IMG/VR virus record: IMGVR_UViG_3300025652_000108
Span: 1 to 52,339 of that record
Source of the DNA: a virus
Lineage: Duplodnaviria > Caudoviricetes
Reading direction: 5' to 3' (one strand)
Length of the DNA: 52,339 nt
Shown: positions 18,200-27,220 of the stretch, piece by piece
How the letters are laid out: each line of letters opens with the position of its first letter
Position numbering within the stretch: the stretch's first letter is position 1
Notes under the pieces: generated by a model
The model's database searches: none
Seen by the model: only the letters and a program-made list of their open reading frames with translations
What the model was told of the DNA's origin: nothing
Translations under genes and position numbers: made by a program

Positions 18200-20093
18200 A
18201 GTCGTATTCCTCTAAGTCGCCCCAGTTTGATCCGTGCTTGCAGTCCCACGGGAGCGGGATAGGCGGGGTAAACCCCCACACCTTTTTGTACGGCATGTTG
18301 TCGAGCAGGGCTCTGATCTCGTGGGCGGCCTTCTCTACCTTGTCCGTGGGTATGAACATGTAGATGCCGTCGTGCAGGTCCCAACCGAACCGGCCACCGA
18401 CGCTCGGTAGATAATCCCGCAGCAATGACATGGCCAAATACTTCTGGTCAGCCCCCGTACCTTGAATGCGGTAGTTGATCGCGGTCGAGCCCATCGACCA
18501 ACCGTAGTCACCATCCCACTCGCCCACTACTTTGACTCGCCGACCAGCAAATGTCTCGACGTACCCGCTCTGGCGCGTCATGGAGATTTGACGACCCCAA
18601 TACTGACCCACCTGCGGGTAACTCGCACGGTATGTGGCGTGAATATGCACCGCGTCAGGCAGGCTCATGTCCATCCCGTACTGTACTCGAGAAACGACGC
18701 GTAATTTTTTAGCCGATGTGCGGTACTGGAGGCTCAGGTTCGCCACTTTGCCTAGCTGGCGCTTGTTCTTTGCGTCCTTGTCACCTGCGCGCACTGCGGC
18801 CACAACCTCGCGATAATCTTTGGATGCGATCCGCGCCCCCATGAAGCCATGGGGGTCCTCGCCCGGCTGGCATAGGCTGAGCATCGTCTCGTCGTTAGAT
18901 GCGATGGCCATCCAGCGAAACTCTTGCCCCGCGGCGTCGAACTCCATCAGTGTGTACCCCTCTGGGGCACGGATAACCGACCGGAACTCAGCAGCCCGCT
19001 TCATCTGGTGCAGCGCAAACCCTGTCTGGCGGGCATCCTTGTTCCGCCCTTGCTTGGACGCATAGGTCAGACGGCCACTGTAGGTACCGAACACGATGGC
19101 GCTCGGGTGCGTGTTCCCGTCGCCATTGTACTCAGCCGATATAAGTGGGGCGGAGGCGAACTTCGTTTTGTTGTTGAGTGCCTCGCGGTACGACCGCAGC
19201 TTAGCCACACGGTTGTCGATGAACGACAGCTCGTGCAGCACCTCTTTGTCAGTGGATCGCGACCGATTACCGGTTTTCTTTGACACGTTTTCTTTTTGTA
19301 CTGGTAGGCCCCACTCGTCGAAGATCAGCTTGGACAGCTGGATCGGTGAGCGGATTACCTTCTCGGTGACCCCGTGAGGCTCCAGCTCCTCCAGCAAGGC
19401 GTCAGCGGCCATGTCTAGATTTTCGGCCAGCTGTGTCGTATGCCCCACGTCCACAGGCATACCGTCGAGGTTTGCTTTCGCGATCATGGGTAGGCAGCGC
19501 GCCTCGATCAGGGCTGCATTCAGCTGACGTGGGTCGTTCCGCTCCAAGCGCTCATAGAGCGCCTTGGTGATTGCGGCGGTGAACAGAACATCACGCTCGT
19601 TGTACTTATGTAGCCGTGCGAGGTCGTCGGGGTCCGTGCTGTGGAAGTCCACACCTTCCTCGTATCCCGCGTACTTGGGCAGGAATACGGCGACAGCATT
19701 CTTGAGGCTGTACGATCTCTTCTTGAACCGGTCAGTGATGTGGTACTCTGGCTCAATGTCAAGATGGCGCCACAAGAGCAGCCCGTCTAACCACGAACAC
19801 TGCATCACCAAGTCCTCCAGCCCGTAAGCGATCAGCCACGAGATGTCGAACGCCGTGTTCCAGCCAATGATGGTGCGCTTCTCAGCAATGGCAAACTCGA
19901 GCATCTCACGCATCGTGTCGACCGTAGGGCTCAAGCCGCCGTGCAGGCGTGTCTTACCATCTACAGACGCAGACCAGACAAAACTGGTGGCCCACGCCGA
20001 ACCTTGTGCCAGCCGCCATGGTTGCAACGCGTACTCAGGTAGCTCACCTGATGTTTCAAAGTCGAACGCAAGGTATTCGTTATCATTCCACAT
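18192..20093 (-). CDS. polA: Family A DNA polymerase with 3'-5' exonuclease domain
   Basis: Exo I AFDFETSG; SGRL; motif A FDAAGQEFR; motif B RQLGKVANLSLQY; INYRIQGTGAD; motif C LHDG. Confidence 0.9.
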   Translation of the reverse strand: MWNDNEYLAFDFETSGELPEYALQPWRLAQGSAWATSFVWSASVDGKTRLHGGLSPTVDTMREMLEFAIAEKRTIIGWNTAFDISWLIAYGLEDLVMQCSWLDGLLLWRHLDIEPEYHITDRFKKRSYSLKNAVAVFLPKYAGYEEGVDFHSTDPDDLARLHKYNERDVLFTAAITKALYERLERNDPRQLNAALIEARCLPMIAKANLDGMPVDVGHTTQLAENLDMAADALLEELEPHGVTEKVIRSPIQLSKLIFDEWGLPVQKENVSKKTGNRSRSTDKEVLHELSFIDNRVAKLRSYREALNNKTKFASAPLISAEYNGDGNTHPSAIVFGTYSGRLTYASKQGRNKDARQTGFALHQMKRAAEFRSVIRAPEGYTLMEFDAAGQEFRWMAIASNDETMLSLCQPGEDPHGFMGARIASKDYREVVAAVRAGDKDAKNKRQLGKVANLSLQYRTSAKKLRVVSRVQYGMDMSLPDAVHIHATYRASYPQVGQYWGRQISMTRQSGYVETFAGRRVKVVGEWDGDYGWSMGSTAINYRIQGTGADQKYLAMSLLRDYLPSVGGRFGWDLHDGIYMFIPTDKVEKAAHEIRALLDNMPYKKVWGFTPPIPLPWDCKHGSNWGDLEEYDFG

Positions 20094-20155
20094 GGGTGAA
20101 AACCTCCGGTCAGCGCCGAGACGCTGTTATTTCGTGTTATAATTTTTTGGTGGTG

Positions 20156-20311
20156 CTAGTCGGCTTTGCCTTTGGCCTTGGTCAGCTTCTTCTTAGACTT
20201 AGGCCAGCCGAGGCGCATCTGGGCATACGCGCTGTCAGAGACAGTGCTCTTGGATTTCGGGCGACTCTTACCCTCTGCCTTACGCTTGTTGATGTTCCGA
20301 ACCAACGACAT
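20156..20311 (-). CDS. Small basic protein (51 aa, below the ORF-track cutoff)
   Basis: Manual translation MSLVRNINKRKAEGKSRPKSKSTVSDSAYAQMRLGWPKSKKKLTKAKGKAD; GGAGG upstream; fills the gap in the operon. Confidence 0.65.
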   Translation of the reverse strand: MSLVRNINKRKAEGKSRPKSKSTVSDSAYAQMRLGWPKSKKKLTKAKGKAD

Positions 20312-20314
20312 TTC

Positions 20315-20608
20315 TTACGCCTCCCGCCAAACACCTACGCCGAGAGTCGCGCCCTCGTCATCTTCCGTGCAAAGTTGCCACTCACCGTCCGCGTCCCGCG
20401 CCATATGCACTAGACGTGTGGCGAACTTACGCTCGAGCTTACGGCCAACTGCGGATGCGTGCGTGGTCATGTTGTTCTTGTCACGGCCGGGGATGAAGAA
20501 CATCTCACCGATGTCCATGGACTCGAACGGGTACTTCCTCCGACGGCCACGGTGCTTGCGGTTCGCCGCCGCTGACGGCAGCGGTACGTTTTTTATAACA
20601 GTATGCAT
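20315..20608 (-). CDS. Small putative DNA-binding protein
   Basis: RKYPFESMDIGE.FFIP...GVGVWR pattern common in phage small proteins; GGAG RBS. Confidence 0.6.
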   Translation of the reverse strand: MHTVIKNVPLPSAAANRKHRGRRRKYPFESMDIGEMFFIPGRDKNNMTTHASAVGRKLERKFATRLVHMARDADGEWQLCTEDDEGATLGVGVWREA

Positions 20609-20642
20609 GTGTTTCTCCAGTGTTATGTAGGCAACATAACCT

Positions 20643-21119
20643 CTAATATCTAAGGTGTAAAGTCTGCTGTCCGTTAACCTCGACCAAGTTTACGTCTGCC
20701 TCCCGTAGCTGGGCCAGTGCGAAAGCGTAGTCGGCCGCCCAGCGTGACAAGAATTCCTTGGTCGGCTTCGGCCAAACCACGTGCTTGATGCCTGCTTGTA
20801 TTACCTGTGCCGCGCACTGAGAGCAGCACGCATGGGTCACCACCAATGTGCACCCGCCCAGTGGGGTGGTGGCAAATAGTATCGCGTTTTTCTCAGCGTG
20901 CAGCGTGAGCTTTAGCTTGGTGTCTCGGTCCGCCAGTCGCTCAGGGGTGTCATTGATGCCGCGCGCAAAGCCGTTGTATCCCGCCGAGACGATCCGTCTG
21001 TTCTCGTCAAAGATAACTGCGCCAACCTTTGTACTCGGGTCTTTGCTTAGTAACGCGACATGTTTTGCCATACCGATAGCCCAGTCGCGGAGGTGTTCGG
21101 TGTTCAGTGGGTTACTCAT
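20643..21119 (-). CDS. dCMP deaminase
   Basis: SKDPSTKVGAVI, GYNG, HAE and C..C zinc ligands; start refined to MSNPL. Confidence 0.9.
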   Translation of the reverse strand: MSNPLNTEHLRDWAIGMAKHVALLSKDPSTKVGAVIFDENRRIVSAGYNGFARGINDTPERLADRDTKLKLTLHAEKNAILFATTPLGGCTLVVTHACCSQCAAQVIQAGIKHVVWPKPTKEFLSRWAADYAFALAQLREADVNLVEVNGQQTLHLRY

Positions 21120-21475
21120 AGCCCCATCTCCTCTGCATACGCATCTCGCACAAAAGTGGTTAGAAGCTCTGCCAGCGACATGTCGCGTGGCAGTTGATCC
21201 AGCAGCCACAACAATTCGTCTTCGCTCAAGCCGCTAAGAACCTTCTTGATGCTGCCACGGTCAGACTCATTTTCCTTCAAGAACAACGTCACTTGGTCGT
21301 GGCGATTCATTGTAGGCTTTGGCGGCAACAGGCCCAGTTCGCGGGCTTTGGTTATACGAGTGCCGACCCAATTTCTGTTTCTATCAAGTGCCTCCCCGAT
21401 CTGAATGTTGCTCATGCCCTGCGCTCGCAACTTTGCGACCGCCGCTGCACCTTCTGTCTTGCTCATGTACTTCAT
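21116..21475 (-). CDS. Putative HTH DNA-binding protein
   Basis: LRAQGMSNIQIGEALDRNRNWV...RELGL helix-turn-helix-like N-terminus. Confidence 0.55.
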   Translation of the reverse strand: MKYMSKTEGAAAVAKLRAQGMSNIQIGEALDRNRNWVGTRITKARELGLLPPKPTMNRHDQVTLFLKENESDRGSIKKVLSGLSEDELLWLLDQLPRDMSLAELLTTFVRDAYAEEMGL

Positions 21476-21693
21476 TCCCCCAACCCCTCCGTTACACGCG
21501 CCACCGGGCGCATGGATGTGAAGCTATCGAGGCAATAGCCGTCGGCCTCTGCGCCATCGACTGCTGCCATCGTCAGCATGATGTCAATGTGATTGGCGCA
21601 TGTTAGCTGCGTTGTGGTGACTTCGTAGTATCCGGTGGGCATCGTGGCCCCCGATACCGTGATGATTGTCAGGACTGTTGATAGTATCGTCAT
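21472..21693 (-). CDS. Small protein with hydrophobic N-terminus
   Basis: Coupled to both neighbours; signal-like N-terminus; two Cys. Confidence 0.45.
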   Translation of the reverse strand: MTILSTVLTIITVSGATMPTGYYEVTTTQLTCANHIDIMLTMAAVDGAEADGYCLDSFTSMRPVARVTEGLGE

Positions 21694-21887
21694 TATTTGT
21701 CTCCTTGTAAAAGTTTCAGTTCAGCAGCCTCAGCAGCATCACAAGCAGCAGCGTAAGTAGCATCAGCATCAGCATAAACAGCAGCATACGCAGCAGCATA
21801 CGCAGCCTCAGCCGCACCACAAGCAGCAGCATGAGCAGCAGCATAAGCAGCGTCAGCAGCCTTTAGTTCTTCAAGTTTACTTGTCAT
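21693..21887 (-). CDS. Ala-rich small protein (paralogue A)
   Basis: SKLEELKAA...AELKLLQG; similar to the adjacent ORF. Confidence 0.6.
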   Translation of the reverse strand: MTSKLEELKAADAAYAAAHAAACGAAEAAYAAAYAAVYADADATYAAACDAAEAAELKLLQGDK

Positions 21888-21893
21888 TTGATT

Positions 21894-22085
21894 TCATCCT
21901 TGTAAACGTATCAGTTCAGCCTCATACGCATCAGCAGCAGCATCATAAGCATCCCAAGCAGCACTAGCAGCATTAGCAGCAGCATCATCACGAGCTTCAA
22001 AAGCATCAGCATAAGCATAAGCCTCGTAAGCATCGTAAGCAGCCTCACGGGCAGCTTTGAGTTCTTCAAGTTTACTTGCGTTCAT
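21894..22085 (-). CDS. Ala-rich small protein (paralogue B)
   Basis: SKLEELKAA...AELIRLQG; GGAG RBS. Confidence 0.6.
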   Translation of the reverse strand: MNASKLEELKAAREAAYDAYEAYAYADAFEARDDAAANAASAAWDAYDAAADAYEAELIRLQG

Positions 22086-22088
22086 CGG

Positions 22089-22331
22089 TTATTCTCCCTT
22101 TCCGTGATCCAGCAGGAACCTGATCGGTGCGTTTTTGATTTCGACTGTTTCGGCTTTGCTTGCTTCGTATAGTTCTTGCAGGCGTTGCACCTGACGCTGG
22201 GCAATCTCGGCCAATGCCTTGATCTCCTCTGCGTCCTGCCTTGCTGTGCTGTGTCGCTTAGCATCGAGCCGCATGATCTCTGCCTTGCGCTCGATACGAT
22301 TGAGTGCTGCGGTGAGCGTTGCTCCCTTCAT
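22089..22331 (-). CDS. Hypothetical coiled-coil protein
   Basis: Coupled ATGA start with AAGGAG RBS. Confidence 0.55.
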   Translation of the reverse strand: MKGATLTAALNRIERKAEIMRLDAKRHSTARQDAEEIKALAEIAQRQVQRLQELYEASKAETVEIKNAPIRFLLDHGKGE

Positions 22332-22657
22332 TCTCCTTGCTCCTCTTTGCTTTGTGTTGGCTTATCGTTGATACCAATGTCTCGCGCCTCAAACGCCACG
22401 AGGAACGCTATGCAAGCCGCGGCGTGCCATGTGTGCGGTAGGCCTGACTCTGGGTCAAACTCCTCACCCGACCACCAAGCCGCCATGTGGCGACGCAGCG
22501 CTGCGTAGGGGCGGCCCCACGCCATGCCGAGCTCCCAGTTACGGTCTCCGTACTTCTCCGCGCCGAACGTCAGGACTGTCGCGATCGCCTCCTCAACCTC
22601 TGGCGGGGTTAAATCGTAACGCGGTTTACCTGAGTCAAACTTTATGCCTTCTGTCAT
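22328..22657 (-). CDS. dATP/dGTP diphosphohydrolase domain protein (DUF5664-like)
   Basis: G.KFD.GKPRYDL, TFGA.KYG.RNW..G and DPESGLPH..HA motifs. Confidence 0.8.
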   Translation of the reverse strand: MTEGIKFDSGKPRYDLTPPEVEEAIATVLTFGAEKYGDRNWELGMAWGRPYAALRRHMAAWWSGEEFDPESGLPHTWHAAACIAFLVAFEARDIGINDKPTQSKEEQGE

Positions 22658-22665
22658 GTTGTCTC

Positions 22666-22869
22666 CTAAAACGGGGGCTCGACCCCAAGATCGGACGGCT
22701 TCCAGCTCTTAAAAAATTCTGGGTGCAGACCTAAAGTTTCTATGAATAGCTCGATTGATGTGCTACCCTTTGCGCGAGAGCCTCCCTTGTGCTCCCGCTT
22801 TACCGCCTGACTTGAGGGTTGCTTCGGCAACCCTCTTTTTTTATTTCGGTACATTATTCCGGTTCCCAC
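22666..22869 (-). CDS. Hypothetical basic protein
   Basis: Short ORF filling the operon gap; start uncertain. Confidence 0.4.
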   Translation of the reverse strand: MGTGIMYRNKKRGLPKQPSSQAVKREHKGGSRAKGSTSIELFIETLGLHPEFFKSWKPSDLGVEPPF

Positions 22870-23363
22870 TCCGCTACGTCGGCAAGATCAGGGCTGCATG
22901 TGTACCACACCTTAGAGCGCCCTCGGTTGTGCGCACGCTCCATTGTGAACCGCGCGCATTTCCCTGCCCTAAAAAAGTCGTCCGTCTGGGTGATGAACGC
23001 GTGTAAGAGCTCGGTGTGCTCCTTTAGTGAAGCCCCACCGGTGTACTCGTGAAAGAGTTCGCCGGCCGTCCACACACCATTGTTTGATAACGTGCGCTCG
23101 ATGAAGGCACGCACCGCGACATGGCTCGGGTCTTCGATCCGCTTTAGTCCGGTCACCATATACGGTGTATGGTCGCGACGGTTCTCGAGTGGATTTTCCG
23201 TGACTGTTGCTTGAAAGATGTCGCCGACGGTGCCGTGCGCGGCAAGCATGACGCGTGGCGGTATGAAGCACGACTCACCTGTACCCTCGACGATACCGAA
23301 ACCGGTTCCCGTTGTCTCGAGTTGGCTGCTGATGCTGATAGTGACTGTGTTTTGTTCTAACAT
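22854..23363 (-). CDS. Hypothetical protein with cold-shock/OB-fold-like N-terminus
   Basis: TGTGFGIV...GESCFIPP......GD resembles RNP1/RNP2 of cold-shock domains; start refined by GAGG RBS. Confidence 0.5.
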   Translation of the reverse strand: MLEQNTVTISISSQLETTGTGFGIVEGTGESCFIPPRVMLAAHGTVGDIFQATVTENPLENRRDHTPYMVTGLKRIEDPSHVAVRAFIERTLSNNGVWTAGELFHEYTGGASLKEHTELLHAFITQTDDFFRAGKCARFTMERAHNRGRSKVWYTCSPDLADVAEWEPE

Positions 23364-23427
23364 GATGACCTCTCTGGTGGCGCAATATAGTAGTGACACG
23401 TTGTAGATGGTTCAGCTGGGCTGCGTC

Positions 23428-23724
23428 TCATAGGATGTGTTCTCCGTTGCCCCAACATGCCGCGGTTCCTTTCTCAAATGACTTGATCTCCATATCGTCA
23501 GAGAACCCGCAGTCTTGACAAGTAAAGGTGATGACAACAGCGTGACCACCATTCCCCGATGGGTTGCGTGCGAACAGGTCGGGCTGGGCGTTTACCAATA
23601 CGCTGCCGGTCCGCAGCTCGATGACGGCGACACGAATGTCGCCGCCCTCATCTCTCGAGTAAGTCTTTACTCGTTCTTTTTTAAGGCGCGGCTCGCCGCA
23701 CTCCGCGCAGTAAATCTTGGTCAT
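23428..23724 (-). CDS. Zinc-ribbon-like hypothetical protein
   Basis: CAECG and CQDCG pairs; AAGGAG RBS. Confidence 0.5.
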   Translation of the reverse strand: MTKIYCAECGEPRLKKERVKTYSRDEGGDIRVAVIELRTGSVLVNAQPDLFARNPSGNGGHAVVITFTCQDCGFSDDMEIKSFEKGTAACWGNGEHIL

Positions 23725-23736
23725 CAGTTGATCTCC

Positions 23737-24594
23737 TTATCCGAAGGCGGCCATGAAGCCGTCCATTGTGTCCATGATCCGCTTGGCCTCGCCTGATACC
23801 TCCCGGCGCAGGTCCTCGTCGTCACGCAGCTCGACGGGGTCGAGGTCTGCTAGGTGGTGCATGATGTCAATCCGAATGGACTCGAGGTCTGGATCGTCCA
23901 GCACATTGAGCGCGGGCAGGACCTCAACGATCTCACGCAGGTTGTCGATGGTTGCCCGCTTGAACTTGCTATCCTCGTCGGCCATGCGCGCGTGGAAGTG
24001 TGTCAGCGTCTTGGACAGTCGATCCCAGACCTCACGCATCGCACCATGGATGCGGTCGTTGACTTTGCGCTCGATGCTCTGACGCACGTGGTCGACGTAC
24101 TTTTTGTCCATGTCGACACGGAAGTCGCCAGCGTCACCGACAGGCTCGAAGTCGAGGCGGACACGATACATGCCGCGCAGCTCCGACTGGGCTGGGTAGT
24201 CATCTGGGTTGAACACTTCACCCATGCGGAACTCCGCACGGTCACGCTCGACAGGGTAGTCGACGGTGATGAACTTCTCGATCGCCGCCTCGGCCTTCGT
24301 GACCAGTGCCTCGTGCTCCTCGATGAACGTGGCGAACAGCTTGCGAGTGAGCAGACGGCCACCGGTGTCATGCCAAGGCAGTGTGTTCTTGTGGAAGTGC
24401 TTGCGGATCGTGGTGAGCGATGAGTTTACATCACGCAAAACTTTGCTGGGCATGAGGCGCTTGTTGACGTTGGTCGCATCCTCGTCAGCGTGGTGCGTGA
24501 GTGCAACAGAGCGGCCAAGCTCAGCGTCACGTGCAAAGCCGTACCAGCGGCCGATGGACAGATCAACGATCATACATTCTTTAGTGATAGACAT
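23737..24594 (-). CDS. DUF3150-like early protein
   Basis: Start refined by CAGGAG RBS; TLPW...G.RLL, FNPDDYP and LN...DP.L motifs of a family recalled beside phage AAA/vWA pairs. Confidence 0.6.
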   Translation of the reverse strand: MSITKECMIVDLSIGRWYGFARDAELGRSVALTHHADEDATNVNKRLMPSKVLRDVNSSLTTIRKHFHKNTLPWHDTGGRLLTRKLFATFIEEHEALVTKAEAAIEKFITVDYPVERDRAEFRMGEVFNPDDYPAQSELRGMYRVRLDFEPVGDAGDFRVDMDKKYVDHVRQSIERKVNDRIHGAMREVWDRLSKTLTHFHARMADEDSKFKRATIDNLREIVEVLPALNVLDDPDLESIRIDIMHHLADLDPVELRDDEDLRREVSGEAKRIMDTMDGFMAAFG

Positions 24595-24624
24595 AGGTAG
24601 TCTCCTGATGTTTTGTGACACGTG

Positions 24625-24918
24625 TCACAGATTGTAAATCATGTGAGTCGCAGCGATGGCTGCATCCTCGGTGGGGTAAACTCTGGACTCACCCACGAGC
24701 AGGTCAGTGCCGTCGGTAGTCAGCAGCTCGAACATGTCGATGGACAGATACTCGTTACTGTAGGTGTTGCGCACGATGGCGTATCGGCACTGGTTGGGGC
24801 GGCGCTGAAAGATGTCGGTGAGAGAGCTCGCACCCTCGTCACCGCAGAAGTAAAAGCCGCCGTTGGCGCACACGAACGCACGCAGCACGAACGTGTTATG
24901 GTCGACGTCAGTAGTCAT
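24625..24918 (-). CDS. Hypothetical protein
   Basis: Coupled to the vWA gene (ATGA); its TGA stop lies inside a palindrome copy. Confidence 0.55.
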   Translation of the reverse strand: MTTDVDHNTFVLRAFVCANGGFYFCGDEGASSLTDIFQRRPNQCRYAIVRNTYSNEYLSIDMFELLTTDGTDLLVGESRVYPTEDAAIAATHMIYNL

Positions 24919-26033
24919 ACACGCACCACCTGACCGATGGGTACGTCAATGTCCGTGGTGCAGCACACGATCAACGGATACGCTGGCTCAACAGGCCATG
25001 GTGTGTAGCCGTCAGTGACCATGACCGCCACGACTGGTTCGTACTGCTCGACGTGAGCGATGGGCACACGCATGTCAGTGCCGCCGTAACCCACAGGCTT
25101 GAGGGCGATGGGCTCACCTACCTCGAACACCTGCTCGCCTTTGACCTCGGTGTCTGCCCAGACCACGCGGATACGCTCGGGCTGCATGATGTCGGCGATG
25201 GCGCTAACTTCTGACGCGATACGATTTATGTCGTGCTCGGTGATAGAGCCCGAGGTGTCGCCGATAACCACGATCTCGCCCATACGCTGGTTGTGGCGCG
25301 TGGGTAGGTAGACAGAGCCGAACCGACGGTTGCGACGTGACCATGTCTCGTCGTCGTTGGTGTTACGCGTCATGTAGTCACGCAGTAGCTCGTGCCATGG
25401 TGCAGCTGGGTCGAGTATCTCGGACACTGCACGCTCGAGAGAGCCGGACAGCTTGCCAGCCATACGCGCCATGTTGGCGGCTTGGGCTACCTGCTGGTCG
25501 ATCTGCTGGCTACGCGCAGCTTGCTCGCTGGGTGACATGTCAGCTGGGTCCATGAGGTCGGACGCGAGGCCGCCGCCAATCTGGTCGTCGTCACCGGGTT
25601 GACCTTGGCCCTGACCGCTGCCGTCTTTGTCCTTGTCCTTGTCCTTGTCTTGGATCAGCTCGTCATAGACGATCTCGGCACCTCGGTTGGAGTAGTTCTT
25701 GTCGAGCAGCCCACCCGTAGGCATCGTTAAGCCTTGCTCGACAAGGATCGCATTGATCTGGTAGTCAGTGGCATAGTTCCACACGAGCCGGTCGCGAGAC
25801 TGCGCACGCAGGCCATGCTTGAATGCGATGTGCAGGACCTCGTGGGCAAGCACAAAGATTACCTCGTCATCAGTTAGCTTGGCGAAGAAGTCAGGGTTGT
25901 AGAAGATGCTGCGCATGTCGGTCGCAGCGGTGGGTACACTGCTCGTCTCGACCAGAGGGCTGGTCATAAGCAGCGTCCCGAAGAACGGCTGCTTGAGTAG
26001 AACACGTGAGCGGAGTTTAGATAGACGATCCAT
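24915..26033 (-). CDS. DUF2201-type metallopeptidase with vWA-like domain
   Basis: TAATD, HEVLH (HExxH), WN.A.D..IN; MIDAS DTSGS, GGTD and TDGY; start refined to MDRLSK. Confidence 0.85.
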   Translation of the reverse strand: MDRLSKLRSRVLLKQPFFGTLLMTSPLVETSSVPTAATDMRSIFYNPDFFAKLTDDEVIFVLAHEVLHIAFKHGLRAQSRDRLVWNYATDYQINAILVEQGLTMPTGGLLDKNYSNRGAEIVYDELIQDKDKDKDKDGSGQGQGQPGDDDQIGGGLASDLMDPADMSPSEQAARSQQIDQQVAQAANMARMAGKLSGSLERAVSEILDPAAPWHELLRDYMTRNTNDDETWSRRNRRFGSVYLPTRHNQRMGEIVVIGDTSGSITEHDINRIASEVSAIADIMQPERIRVVWADTEVKGEQVFEVGEPIALKPVGYGGTDMRVPIAHVEQYEPVVAVMVTDGYTPWPVEPAYPLIVCCTTDIDVPIGQVVRV

Positions 26034-26069
26034 AGTTACCTCATTCGGTTTTGTGACACGTGTCACAGA

Positions 26070-27095
26070 TTACTGGAACACGGCGCGATACTGCGTCGAG
26101 AAGCTCATAAACTGGTCAGTCGTAAACAATGCCTCGTCACGTTTTACGGCAAGCTGCCATGCCATGACGACATACTCGGGTGACAGGCGCTGCAAGAAGG
26201 TGAACAGCTGTGGCGCGTTGTCGACCGTCAGCGCACCGGACACGCTGATAGCGACAGCGTATGTCATGGATAGATCGTCGGGCAGGTCGACACCCTTGGG
26301 GTCAGCGATGATGTCCTTGATCGGGATCATAGACTGCCACACGTCAGCGAAGCCGGCGAACTCGGCAGCCGGACCCTCGCCGATGGCACCGACGATGGCG
26401 GTATGCTTGACAGCGGCAGGCATACCGGAGGCGTAGTAGCGCAAGGCTTTGACCCATGAGCGTGGTGTCGCGAAGGCCTTGTCTGGCTTGGTCGGGTCGA
26501 ACGTGGACAGCAGCGGCTTGCGGAACTGTAGGAAGGCCACACCGATGGCGGGTAGGCCAGCGCGCTGGGCATACTCGCAGAAGCTATCGACGTCGACACC
26601 GATCTCGGCGTGCGTGAAGCGGTTGGCAAGTGGTGTGGGCATACGGTTGGTGACGCCACGGTCAGACTCGCGGTTACCTGCGGCGATGACGACGACGTTA
26701 GACATGAGCTGGTGCTCGCCGACAGCACGATCGTTGATAAGCTGGTAGGCGACAGCTGCAACAGCGGGTGCAGCTGAGTTGATCTCGTCAAGGAACAGGA
26801 AGATCGGCTTGTCTGGGTCGTCGCTGAATGCTGGGTTGCCCTCGAACGGTAGCGTGCTCGGCGCCTGCCAGACAGTGAGGCCGTTGGCATGTGGCACAGG
26901 GATACCGCGCAGGTCTACGCTGTCATACTGGCTAAGGCGAATGTCGACCAGTGCGCCGTCGTAGTCGCTGCACACTTGGGCAATGCACTCGGACTTGCCT
27001 ACGCCGGGCTGACCCCAGAACATGATAGGCTCACGCATCTCGACAGCGACGTGCTTGATAAGTGACTTGGCTTCATTGATGTTGATGACTTGCAT
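26070..27095 (-). CDS. MoxR/dynein-related AAA+ ATPase
   Basis: Walker A GQPGVGKS, DLRGIP, Walker B LFLDE, AAGNR, LANRF, TPRSW; start refined to MQVIN (GGAG RBS). Confidence 0.88.
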   Translation of the reverse strand: MQVININEAKSLIKHVAVEMREPIMFWGQPGVGKSECIAQVCSDYDGALVDIRLSQYDSVDLRGIPVPHANGLTVWQAPSTLPFEGNPAFSDDPDKPIFLFLDEINSAAPAVAAVAYQLINDRAVGEHQLMSNVVVIAAGNRESDRGVTNRMPTPLANRFTHAEIGVDVDSFCEYAQRAGLPAIGVAFLQFRKPLLSTFDPTKPDKAFATPRSWVKALRYYASGMPAAVKHTAIVGAIGEGPAAEFAGFADVWQSMIPIKDIIADPKGVDLPDDLSMTYAVAISVSGALTVDNAPQLFTFLQRLSPEYVVMAWQLAVKRDEALFTTDQFMSFSTQYRAVFQ

Positions 27096-27174
27096 TGTAG
27101 TCTCCGTATGTTTGTGAGTTTGTGACACGTGTCACAAATTGGATTGTTGTCGTTACTATTGATGTAACATATAC

Positions 27175-27203
27175 ACTATAACATAACTGCTAGGGTACGT
27201 CAA
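27175..27203 (-). promoter_or_regulatory. Sigma70-type early promoter
   Basis: Minus strand TTGACG-N17-TATAGT with TGn extension, upstream of the AAA gene. Confidence 0.75.
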
Positions 27204-27220
27204 GCATAATGTTTTACGCG

